Below are positions 56,283-64,000 of a stretch of DNA of 64,000 nt, one piece after another (positions within the stretch are counted from its first letter, which is position 1; every line of letters starts with the position of its first letter). The translations under genes and the position numbers were made by a program. The notes under the pieces are model-generated. The model ran no database searches. It was not told the origin of the DNA and saw nothing but the letters and a program-made list of their open reading frames with translations. The stretch is taken from assembly GCA_964506525.1 (NCBI GenBank), contig CAZDLA010000001.1, forward strand, positions 155,047 to 219,046, in the 5' to 3' direction. The DNA comes from an uncultured Nitrospiraceae bacterium. GTDB taxonomy: Bacteria; Nitrospirota; Thermodesulfovibrionia; Thermodesulfovibrionales; UBA6898.

Positions 56283-56758
56283 TCGGGCATTACTTCCCTG
56301 TCACTAGTCTCCCACCGCTCATCTGTTTCGAGCATCCTCAGATGACCTTCGACAAGTCTCTTCAGCTCTTCCCGGAAATGGCGGCGAATACCTTTCATGT
56401 CCGTTATATCTTCGTGGATCTTGATGACCTTCTCATGTGCTTCTTTGATCATGGAGTCAGCCTTGGACTCTGCTTCCTTAACCAGAAGCTCAGCTTCTTT
56501 CCGCGCATTCGTCTTGTAGTCCTCAACCATCTGTTGGGCAGTCATGAGCGTTTCTCTGAGCGTGGTCTCCATATCGCGGTATTCCTTGATCTGGCTCTCA
56601 GCTCTCTGGATGTTCTCCTTGAGGTTGGAATTCTCTCTAAGCAGATCTTCCATCTCTTCACGGACGATCTCAAGAAACCCGAAAACCTCCTCGACATCAA
56701 AGCCCCTGAACTTCATCTTGAACTGTTTCTGCTGGATTTCCAGCGGCGAAATTCTCAT
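56279..56758 (-). CDS. DivIVA-domain protein
   Basis: 159 aa. MRISPLEIQQKQFKMKFRGFDVEEV followed by coiled coil. Located in the conserved yggS-proC-yggT-divIVA neighbourhood. Confidence 0.85.
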   Translation of the reverse strand: MRISPLEIQQKQFKMKFRGFDVEEVFGFLEIVREEMEDLLRENSNLKENIQRAESQIKEYRDMETTLRETLMTAQQMVEDYKTNARKEAELLVKEAESKADSMIKEAHEKVIKIHEDITDMKGIRRHFREELKRLVEGHLRMLETDERWETSDREVMPE

Positions 56759-57069
56759 ATAACGACTCCCCCTTTGATTTTGATGCCGATCTCAATAAGC
56801 GAACGTATGAGTACCATCTGGATGAACAGGATGCCGAGTATCACCACGATTGGAGAAATATCCACAGGACCAAGTCTGTTACCAAAAAGCCGCCGGATAG
56901 GCCGGAAGACCGGCTCTGTAACATTCCTGAGAAAACGGACGACCGGGTTGTATGGGTCAGGACTAACCCAGCTGATGAGCGCAGCAATGATCACGATCCA
57001 CTTATAGATGTCCAGGAGCATGTCTGCAATTTTAGCAACTGCCATTACCAGGTTTCCGACAATAAGCAT
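56755..57069 (-). CDS. yggT: YggT-family membrane protein
   Basis: 104 aa, two hydrophobic spans, and the conserved (L)ISWV.PD..NP......TEP motif. Confidence 0.8.
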   Translation of the reverse strand: MLIVGNLVMAVAKIADMLLDIYKWIVIIAALISWVSPDPYNPVVRFLRNVTEPVFRPIRRLFGNRLGPVDISPIVVILGILFIQMVLIRSLIEIGIKIKGGVVI

Positions 57070-57165
57070 TCTTACCTCGCTGTTTGATATTGAAGATTAT
57101 TTTACAACGGCTTGCTCTTTTTTATCCATGAACGAAGAACTCTGCTCCCGGCACATGCAGAACCG

Positions 57166-57963
57166 TCAGGCTTTTTTCCCAAGCTCCTCTGCCCGGTTCT
57201 TTGCAGCAAGCAATGCGTCTAAGACAACAGGTTTCAATCCTTTTTCCTCAAAGACCTTCAGACCGGCTGCAGTCGTGCCGCCCGGAGAGGTTACCATCTG
57301 CCGCAGTTTCTCCGTTGACATGCCGGTATCAAGCAGCTTTGCAGTACCAAGAGCGGTCTGGACCGCCAGTTCTGTCGCATCATTTCTGTTCAGCCCGAGT
57401 TTTTCACCTGCTTCGATCATCGCCTCGATAAACAGCGCAATAAATGCAGGGCCGCTGCCTGAGACCGCAGTCACCGCATCCATGAGCCGTTCAGGAAGCG
57501 CAATCACCCTGCCGATGGACATCAGGATGCTTTTGACAACATTGATTTCACTGCCGGCAAAACATTCGCAAAGCGAGTACACGGACATGCCTTCCTGAAT
57601 AAGGGCAGGCGTGTTCGGCATGACCCTGATAATCTTATTAGTCTTCAGCCTGGACTGCAGATAAGAAAGCGTAATGCCCGCGGCAATCGAAACAACAGTT
57701 TTTGTATCATCGATAACTTCAGCTATCTCACCGAGAACCGCTTCCATGATCTGCGGCTTCACTGCCAGGATGATAATATCGCAGGAAGAAACTGCTTCAA
57801 CATTTGAGACTGTTGTCATCACCCCATAAGTTCGTTCTAAAAACAGTCTTCTTTCCGCACCAGGTTCTGAAACGAGTATCTCTTGCATTGCCCCTTGCCC
57901 CTCGCCCCTTGCCCCTTTTATCATCGCCTCTGCCATATTACCGCCGCCGATAAATCCGATCAT
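57166..57963 (-). CDS. proC: Pyrroline-5-carboxylate reductase
   Basis: From the ATG at 57963: MIGFIGGGNMAEAMIKG (Rossmann fold), MPNTPA, and VTSPGGTT in the C-terminal dimerisation domain. The track TTG at 57981 would overlap yggS. Confidence 0.9.
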   Translation of the reverse strand: MIGFIGGGNMAEAMIKGARGEGQGAMQEILVSEPGAERRLFLERTYGVMTTVSNVEAVSSCDIIILAVKPQIMEAVLGEIAEVIDDTKTVVSIAAGITLSYLQSRLKTNKIIRVMPNTPALIQEGMSVYSLCECFAGSEINVVKSILMSIGRVIALPERLMDAVTAVSGSGPAFIALFIEAMIEAGEKLGLNRNDATELAVQTALGTAKLLDTGMSTEKLRQMVTSPGGTTAAGLKVFEEKGLKPVVLDALLAAKNRAEELGKKA

Positions 57964-57964
57964 A

Positions 57965-58666
57965 TCAACACCTCTCTCCAAATATTGCTGTTCCTATTCT
58001 GACCATAGTCGCGCCCTCCTCTATGGCTGCCTCATAATCATGGGACATGCCCATCGAAAGCTCCGGAAGCCTGAATCCGGCCTTTCCCGCTTCATCCCGC
58101 AATTCTCTCAACCTTTTGAAATAAGGGACAACTTCCCTGACATTCTCTCGATAAGGGGGAATGGTCATCAACCCCTCAAGACGCAGATGCTTCAATTGCG
58201 CTATCCCTTGAAGCAGTTCATGCAGGCCCTCTTCATCCACGCCGCTCTTTGTTTCCTCCTCAGAGAGCTTTACCTGCACCAGAATTCTTTGTGTCTTGCC
58301 GATCTTTTCAGCCTGTCTGTCAAGTTCGTCTGCCAGTTCTATGGAATCAACAGAATGGATGACCTCAAAGAGCTGCACAGCATCTTTTGCCTTGTTCTTC
58401 TGGAGATGGCCGATCAGATGCCATTCGAGTTTCTCGGGCAGAGCACGAACCTCATCGCTCAGGATCTTCTTCTTTGCCTCCTGCACCCTGTTTTCCGCAA
58501 AGACCCGTATGCCGCTGTCAACCGCCTCCCGAATAGCGTCGGCGCCGACCGTCTTGGTCACAACAACCAGATGCACGTCATCAGGCCGTCTGCCGGCTTT
58601 CATCGCTCCCTGGGAGATTGTTTTGAGAACTTGCTTTATGTTTTCAAAAACAGCATCGTGTTCCAT
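57965..58666 (-). CDS. yggS: YggS-family pyridoxal-phosphate homeostasis protein
   Basis: 233 aa. LVVVTKT (PLP lysine), HLIGHLQKNK, LSMGMSHDYE.AIEEGATMVRIGTAIFG. Confidence 0.9.
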   Translation of the reverse strand: MEHDAVFENIKQVLKTISQGAMKAGRRPDDVHLVVVTKTVGADAIREAVDSGIRVFAENRVQEAKKKILSDEVRALPEKLEWHLIGHLQKNKAKDAVQLFEVIHSVDSIELADELDRQAEKIGKTQRILVQVKLSEEETKSGVDEEGLHELLQGIAQLKHLRLEGLMTIPPYRENVREVVPYFKRLRELRDEAGKAGFRLPELSMGMSHDYEAAIEEGATMVRIGTAIFGERC

Positions 58667-58718
58667 AGCTATTGATTATAGGACAGCAGCATGATGGAAA
58701 TGCAATACAGAGATACTG

Positions 58719-59336
58719 TCATGCGGCCTTGATGAACCAGGCACCGAACAGGATGAGAAAAACAGCACAGATCGCCAGGACAGTTTTATATGATCTTTCT
58801 CCCATAACCCTTCTCCCTTTTGCAACTGCATAAGAGATGATGCTGTACCAGGCAAGGTCTGCCGAGATATGTCCAAGGAAGAAAACCGCAACGCCGGCAA
58901 GACCGTATTTCATGGAACTCACAAGATAACCAAGACCGATCGTGGCCCACCAGATAACCCAGTATGGATTCGCAAGGCTTGCGACAATGCCGGTCAAAAC
59001 AAGGTTCATACCTCTCTTATTGCCCTCTGCAGACAGGTCAAGTCTCACGCCACGCAGGTCCTTCATGATCATGATGCCCATAAGCACCAGCATACTTCCG
59101 CCGACCAGACTGATCACATACCTTGTTGTTTCATGCTTCAAGAACGGTGAGAGGCCTGACAGGATCAGCACAATTATCACGATCTCGAGAAGCGCGTGGC
59201 CGAGGATCAGAAGCGGTCCTATTGATGCGCCGCGCCGTGCTGATTCGCTAACCGTGATCGTAAAGAGCGGGCCAGGCACCAGCGCCCCAGACAAGGCGAT
59301 CATGAATGAAGAAACTGCAATGACAGCGAGGTTCAT
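58719..59336 (-). CDS. LysE/RhtB-family amino-acid exporter
   Basis: 205 aa, 6 hydrophobic helices, and the N-terminal PGP motif (ALVPGPLF). Confidence 0.7.
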   Translation of the reverse strand: MNLAVIAVSSFMIALSGALVPGPLFTITVSESARRGASIGPLLILGHALLEIVIIVLILSGLSPFLKHETTRYVISLVGGSMLVLMGIMIMKDLRGVRLDLSAEGNKRGMNLVLTGIVASLANPYWVIWWATIGLGYLVSSMKYGLAGVAVFFLGHISADLAWYSIISYAVAKGRRVMGERSYKTVLAICAVFLILFGAWFIKAA

Positions 59337-60976
59337 CCCTTTAAAGCCTTTTGGTATTCAGACCAGAGATGCTCTTTGGTAACTCCGGCATCGATGAAGT
59401 CCCAGGGAAGATGTTCAGAGAAATCCTTCTGTCGGTAAATGAAGGATGCCACATCAACATCTTCAGAGCCTTTTTTTATTACATCGATATTATCAAAAGC
59501 AATCCGTTCAACTACGCTGCCGACACGCCTGTCTCCCAGCGCAAAGAGCCCTTGCATGTGGGCCTGTTTGGGCATATCATGGAGCACCTTAATGCCTTTT
59601 TCCCGGACAAGCCCCTTCTTTATCTGCTGAAGTTTTTCCTTAATACTCTTCAGCGGCTCCATAGGATGCCACTGAAAGGGGGTGAAGGGTTTCGGCACAA
59701 AGGTGCTGACGCTCAAACGAATGTAACCCCTACGTGTATTCCTCCGAATTGCCTTAACCAAATTTATCATCCCGTCAATATCTTCTTTGGTCTCTGTCGG
59801 AAGACCGATCATAAAGTAGAGCCTCAGCGTCTCGACGCCGCACTCCAGGATCTGTTTTGCTGTCTCAAGGATATCCTCCTCAGTGATCTTCTTGTTGATC
59901 ACATCCCTCAAACGCTGCGTTCCAGCCTCAGGCGCAATGGCTATGCTCTTATGACCCTTCATGAGCTGCACAAGCCTGACACTCTTGCGGCTTGCCCGCA
60001 ATGAGGTAATAGAGAAGTCAACGCCCTCCATCTGCAGTATTTCCTCGGCATGGGGATAATCAGACAGAGACGGCCCGATAAGGCCGACCTTCTGAGTTCT
60101 CTGAACCGCGGCCTTCACTTCTGCAGAAAGCTCTGCAAAGTCTTTCTTTCTCGGCGGGTTATAAATATGGCCCGCCACGCAAAAGCGGCAGGACCAGGGA
60201 CAGCCGCGCATTGCCTCAAGGAGATACATATTTGAAAACTGTGCGTTGGGAGTGAGGATCGTTGACCGGAGAAAAGACCGTGCTATATCCTTTATGGCCC
60301 GCTTGCAAACTGTTTCAGGGGCAGAATAAGAAGCCGATCTTCCTGTAATTTTTCCAGCCTCGTCGTAACGCACAGAATAGAACCTCGGGAGATAAATACC
60401 CTTGATCGCAGTCAGTTTCTTCAGAAGTGTTTCCCTGTCTTCTGCTTTACGATACTGAGAAAGGAATTCTTCGAGCATCTCCTCTGCCTCGCCGACAAAT
60501 ATGACATCCATGAAGTCAGCAATTGGTTCGGGATTATAAAAAGCGCATACACCTCCCATGATCACCAGAGGATACTGTAACGAACGCTCTGAACTCCGAA
60601 GCGGAATCCTTGCCATCTTCAGCATTTTCAAAAGATTTGGGTAATCATTCTCAAACGATACGGAAAACGCGATAATATCAAAAGCAGAGAGCGGTCTTTT
60701 CGACTCAAGAGAAAAGGGTTCAGCACCTGACTTCTCGTATTCCTCGACATCTTCCTGGTCAGGAAAAAAAATCCTCTCGCAGACAATATCACTCAAACTG
60801 TTGAAAAAGCCATATATTCCTTGAAATCCAAGACTCGACATGGCAACAGAATACGTGTTCGGAAAACAGAGGCCTATATTGATCCTTCCGCCAGGATCCT
60901 TGAACACCACACCTTTTTCCTGTGATATCAATAAGTTTGCTTTATCTTTCAGTTTTCTGTTCATAATGTATTGCAC
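59333..60976 (-). CDS. B12-binding-domain-like radical SAM protein (uncharacterised family)
   Basis: 547 aa. N-terminal Rossmann-like region (GLCFPNTYSVAMSSLGFQ). Radical-SAM CxxxCxxC (CPWSCRFC). Confidence 0.7.
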   Translation of the reverse strand: MQYIMNRKLKDKANLLISQEKGVVFKDPGGRINIGLCFPNTYSVAMSSLGFQGIYGFFNSLSDIVCERIFFPDQEDVEEYEKSGAEPFSLESKRPLSAFDIIAFSVSFENDYPNLLKMLKMARIPLRSSERSLQYPLVIMGGVCAFYNPEPIADFMDVIFVGEAEEMLEEFLSQYRKAEDRETLLKKLTAIKGIYLPRFYSVRYDEAGKITGRSASYSAPETVCKRAIKDIARSFLRSTILTPNAQFSNMYLLEAMRGCPWSCRFCVAGHIYNPPRKKDFAELSAEVKAAVQRTQKVGLIGPSLSDYPHAEEILQMEGVDFSITSLRASRKSVRLVQLMKGHKSIAIAPEAGTQRLRDVINKKITEEDILETAKQILECGVETLRLYFMIGLPTETKEDIDGMINLVKAIRRNTRRGYIRLSVSTFVPKPFTPFQWHPMEPLKSIKEKLQQIKKGLVREKGIKVLHDMPKQAHMQGLFALGDRRVGSVVERIAFDNIDVIKKGSEDVDVASFIYRQKDFSEHLPWDFIDAGVTKEHLWSEYQKALKG

Positions 60977-61058
60977 TTTCCTGCTGAATCATTATACTTG
61001 ATTTGTAAACCGGTTACAGAAATAGATGATGGCATATTAATTGCGTAATAAATCACAT

Positions 61059-61934
61059 ATGCAACTCGTTATGGACGATAAAGACTTCGCAGCGCTCAAA
61101 ACGCTGATGGAAGATGAATTCGGGCTTTCCCTTAAGGCTCATACCCGCGAGAGCTTTGCCAGAAAGATACAACCGCGTCTCGAAGCCCTCAAGATGAGCT
61201 CCATGAAACAGTATCTAGATTATCTGACCAACGATCCTCTTTCGAAGATAGAACTGCATGATCTGCCGAGCTTTGTCATGAACACTGAAAGCTACTTTCT
61301 GAGGGAATTTGAACAGTTCAAGCTTTTTCTTGATCTTTACCGACAGAAGAGGAAGGACAAGGTCTTACGATCGGACAAATCCATATCCATTCTTTCTGCC
61401 GGCTGTTCAGCGGGGCAGGAGCCATATAGTATCGCCATGCTGCTCAGAAATCAGCCTGAACCCCTGCGCGGATGGAACATCAGGATATTGGGACTTGATA
61501 TTAATGTTATGGCGCTTGAAAAGGCGCGCAGCGGAGTGTACAGCTCATATTCTCTGCGCGGCCCCAACACCGATCTCATTGAAAAGTATTTCAGGAGAAC
61601 GTACGCGGAAACCTGTGAAACGCCAAAAGAATGCTTCAGATTAAAGCCGGAAATCATCAGCAGCATCGATTATGTGCATGGCAATATACTTCAGCCATTG
61701 GTTCTCAAGGGGATCAGCAATCTCGATTTCATCTTCTGCAGAAATGTACTCATGTACATGTCAAAGAAGGCGGCTGACCGGATCGCACTCAGTCTGTGGG
61801 AAGCACTTGCAGATGATGGCTATCTTTTCATCGGCCAGTCAGAGACATTAAGAAAAAGAGATGACCTTTTTGAGCTGGTGAGTTTCCCCGGAGTAACCCT
61901 ATACAAGAAAAGAAGACCGTCCTCTGCTGCCTGA
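61059..61934 (+). CDS. CheR-type SAM-dependent protein methyltransferase
   Basis: CheR N-terminal helical domain followed by a methyltransferase core (ILSAGCSAGQEPYSIAM, ILGLDIN, DFIFCRNVLMYM). ATG at 61059 is preferred over the track TTG at 61041. Confidence 0.75.
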   Translation: MQLVMDDKDFAALKTLMEDEFGLSLKAHTRESFARKIQPRLEALKMSSMKQYLDYLTNDPLSKIELHDLPSFVMNTESYFLREFEQFKLFLDLYRQKRKDKVLRSDKSISILSAGCSAGQEPYSIAMLLRNQPEPLRGWNIRILGLDINVMALEKARSGVYSSYSLRGPNTDLIEKYFRRTYAETCETPKECFRLKPEIISSIDYVHGNILQPLVLKGISNLDFIFCRNVLMYMSKKAADRIALSLWEALADDGYLFIGQSETLRKRDDLFELVSFPGVTLYKKRRPSSAA

Positions 61935-61961
61935 TTAACAAAAATAGTACGTTGCAGCGTT

Positions 61962-62570
61962 CTACAGAAATATCAGGACTGACATCATGGCAACTGACCA
62001 GAGCACGTCAATCGGCAGGTGATTGAGCGCTGTTGAGTCAAACAGGAGATCAGCCCTGGCCTCCCATTCATCATCAGCAAGCCACAGAATGACCGTAATC
62101 GGAAGATGATAAAAAGACGTTAGTTCGATCGCAACATCACCATATTCAACCACCCTGCCCCCATGCAACAGCCCTCGTTCCCTGAATCCTCTCCTGTCGT
62201 GAGCATACTTCTTTGCAATACTGTCCAGAGGAAGAACGTGAGATCCGCGGAAAAAGATATCACCACCGCTCATGCCTGACGGCTTGACCAGTTTATTGGA
62301 AGGCTTCAGATTTGAGGCCTTCACCATATACCAGAGGATTGAAAGTACGAAAAAATAGCGAAGACGCGTCAGAAAGATCTCCCCCTGAGGTTCAAGGCTC
62401 TTGATGATCTTTTTCTGTGCATCAACAGAAAACAGGGTACCAAAGGCAGAAAGACTGTATATTTTGCTGCGCTCGTTATACTCTGCACCCGTTCTTCTGC
62501 AGACATCCTCAGGCAAGAGCCCTGCAAGGATCTCCCATGCCTTGTCTTCTCCTGAAATGATCTCAGCCAT
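61962..62570 (-). CDS. DUF3786-like protein
   Basis: 202 aa. The N-terminus (AWEILAGLLPEDVCRRTGAEY...) resembles DUF3786 family proteins. Resemblance only. Confidence 0.4.
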   Translation of the reverse strand: MAEIISGEDKAWEILAGLLPEDVCRRTGAEYNERSKIYSLSAFGTLFSVDAQKKIIKSLEPQGEIFLTRLRYFFVLSILWYMVKASNLKPSNKLVKPSGMSGGDIFFRGSHVLPLDSIAKKYAHDRRGFRERGLLHGGRVVEYGDVAIELTSFYHLPITVILWLADDEWEARADLLFDSTALNHLPIDVLWSVAMMSVLIFL

Positions 62571-62648
62571 AGCTCATTATACGACAGAATAAGCGATTAG
62601 AAACACGTTTTGTATTCATGGCAAAGTCCTGCGTGGTATGATTCAAGT

Positions 62649-63101
62649 ATGAAAATCGTTGCGCAGAACAGAAAGGCTTTTCATGATTATTTCATAGAAG
62701 AGACCATAGAGGCCGGCATGGTGCTCACCGGCACTGAGGTTAAGTCCCTGAGGGATGCAAAGGCCAATCTCATGGACAGCTATGTGCTGATAAAAGATAA
62801 TGAGGTGTTCCTCTTTAATTGCCATATCAGCCCTTACACGCACGGCAATATCATGAACCACGATCCTGTCAGAACACGCAAGCTCCTGCTACACAAGAAA
62901 GAGCTGATGAAACTGCAGGCTAAAGCAGCCCAAAAGGGATACTCCCTGATACCGCTCAAGATATACTTCAAGGATGGCCGCGCAAAAACAGAGATCGGAC
63001 TGGCTAAAGGAAAGAAGCAATATGAGAAACGGGAAACGATCAAACAGAAAGAGGCTGACCGCGAGATTCAGAGAGCGATGAGGTCGAGGAACAAGGAATG
63101 A
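62649..63101 (+). CDS. smpB: SsrA-binding protein SmpB
   Basis: From the ATG at 62649: [30 protein letters not shown]...; basic C-terminal tail; directly upstream of tmRNA. Confidence 0.95.
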   Translation: MKIVAQNRKAFHDYFIEETIEAGMVLTGTEVKSLRDAKANLMDSYVLIKDNEVFLFNCHISPYTHGNIMNHDPVRTRKLLLHKKELMKLQAKAAQKGYSLIPLKIYFKDGRAKTEIGLAKGKKQYEKRETIKQKEADREIQRAMRSRNKE

Positions 63102-63282
63102 GGATAGAGTTAAGGCTGAGACCAGGGTTAATGTTTAGCCTGTGAGATAAAGTCACGGAGATAACAAAAAGCTTATGAGTGTTCAGCTGTGCTATAATAA
63201 AATAGATAGTAAACCGTAATTGTCTGCCGGAGTTCGTTACGGCAGCTAACAATTTACGGATTACTGATCGCAGTCTCACTTC

Positions 63283-63627
63283 GGGGGCGAATGGTCTCGA
63301 CGGGGGTTATGAGACTCATGTGGCATGTCGTGGCTCCATCCCCACGCAAAAAGATGGAACAAACACAAACGCCAATAACGAACTGGCACTCGCTGCTTAA
63401 TTAAGCAGCACGCTCCTTTGGGATTGCCTGCGACCCTTAGATAGCGTCAATCAGCGGGCTGGCTTTCAGGTGCGCTCCCTGCCTGAAGGCGAGACTCAGG
63501 GAGATAGGAGTTTAGGAAGCCTGTCAGCCGGCGAACTGGATTCCGAAGCTGAAAATGACTGACTAAACATGTAGAAGCATGAGAGTAGTACTTTCGGACG
63601 CGGGTTCGATTCCCGCCGCCTTCACCA
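63283..63627 (+). ncRNA. ssrA: tmRNA (ssrA)
   Basis: The 5' GGGGGCG pairs with the 3' CGCCTTC-A-CCA, including the G3:U pair. T-arm GCGGGTTCGATTCCCGC. Tag reading frame GCC AAT AAC GAA CTG GCA CTC GCT GCT TAA (63371-63400) gives ANNELALAA. The stop lies in the palindromic helix GCTGCTTAATTAAGCAGC. Confidence 0.95.
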
Positions 63628-63760
63628 ACAACAGCAGGGATATCAGTTTCCTGCCAGCGCAGCTAAAGAAATTGGCAGAAAAAACCGATAAAAAATGAAA
63701 TATTAGAGAGTAGCAGGCATGATGTCTGCCGCGTATAAGAGGCTGCTGCTGGAGGGTGCT

Positions 63761-64000
63761 ATGAAAAAAATAGGTATTAGCCTTGTTCTTCTGCTCCTTG
63801 TTTCCTGCCTCTTCTCATTACCGGCATCTGCTGTTGAAACCCTCTCTGCAAGCGGATGCTCTGTCAGCAATGTCGGTTATCTGAACGACCTTGCCAAGGA
63901 ATACGAAAAGCTGTCCGGCACCATGATGTTCGTCCGCGGGGGCGGCAGCGTTGTCGGCCTCAGAGATCTGCATCAGGGCAAGATCGACTACGCGGCATCC
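63761..64000 (+). CDS. Periplasmic substrate-binding protein, PstS/PBP-like (N-terminal fragment; continues beyond right edge)
   Basis: GGAGGG lies 5 nt before the ATG at 63761. Signal peptide MKKIGISLVLLLLVSCLFSLPASA. The following LSASGCS......L...YEK.....M.FVRGGGSVVGLRDL..GKIDYAAS resembles phosphate-binding PBP proteins. The frame is open to the window end. Confidence 0.5.
   Translation, partial: MKKIGISLVLLLLVSCLFSLPASAVETLSASGCSVSNVGYLNDLAKEYEKLSGTMMFVRGGGSVVGLRDLHQGKIDYAAS

Noticed and set aside
56342-57007. 221-aa plus-strand ORF, and similar ones at 57008-57598, 58040-58675 and 59351-60004.
   Set aside because: They are antisense to well-supported divIVA / yggT / proC / yggS / radical-SAM genes and have no motifs.

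Overview
64-kb bacterial chromosomal window with about 45 genes, mostly on the minus strand. No transposase, integrase, prophage or CRISPR array was seen. Gene content (CimA-type synthase, iron-sulfur flavoprotein, two archaeal-type iPGM paralogues, DUF3786, a TatD-radical-SAM fusion) suggests an anaerobic diderm bacterium; this is inference only, and GC content was not computed.

Housekeeping blocks:
- 1-6.4 kb: M50 peptidase (partial), rimO, DUF2062, thiL, lon, galU.
- 34.2-40.5 kb: tRNA-Leu(UAA), then a tight operon thrC / MoaD-like carrier / NIL / iPGM-like proposed homoserine kinase / lysC, followed by cimA and a TusA-like gene.
- 40.6-54 kb: a hybrid histidine kinase, mazG, hemW, isf, yqgE, apgM, a TatD-rSAM fusion, and a histidine kinase / response regulator / HD-GYP module.
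- 54-64 kb: yeiH-like, hisS, divIVA, yggT, proC, yggS, LysE, a B12-type radical SAM gene, cheR-like, DUF3786, smpB, tmRNA, and a partial PstS-like gene.

The outstanding region is 6.6-34.1 kb, a single co-directional minus-strand gene string that follows a sigma70-like promoter. In order it encodes:
- an ECF sigma factor;
- a soluble anti-sigma factor with no transmembrane helix;
- an 898-aa fusion of a class III nucleotide cyclase, a CHAT (caspase-like) protease, one TM helix and a periplasmic CsgG/LpoB-like module;
- a 659-aa secreted TPR / Ig-like protein carrying a paralogous copy of that periplasmic module;
- a FadL/PorV-like outer-membrane barrel;
- one uninterrupted 19.6-kb ORF encoding a 6,544-aa secreted mosaic protein (Kelch, DUF1566, LamG, PD40, Ig-like, an embedded clan-CD peptidase, a beta-helix).

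I propose this as a candidate undescribed envelope signalling and surface-display system. All functional calls rest on motif recognition by eye; no database search was run.
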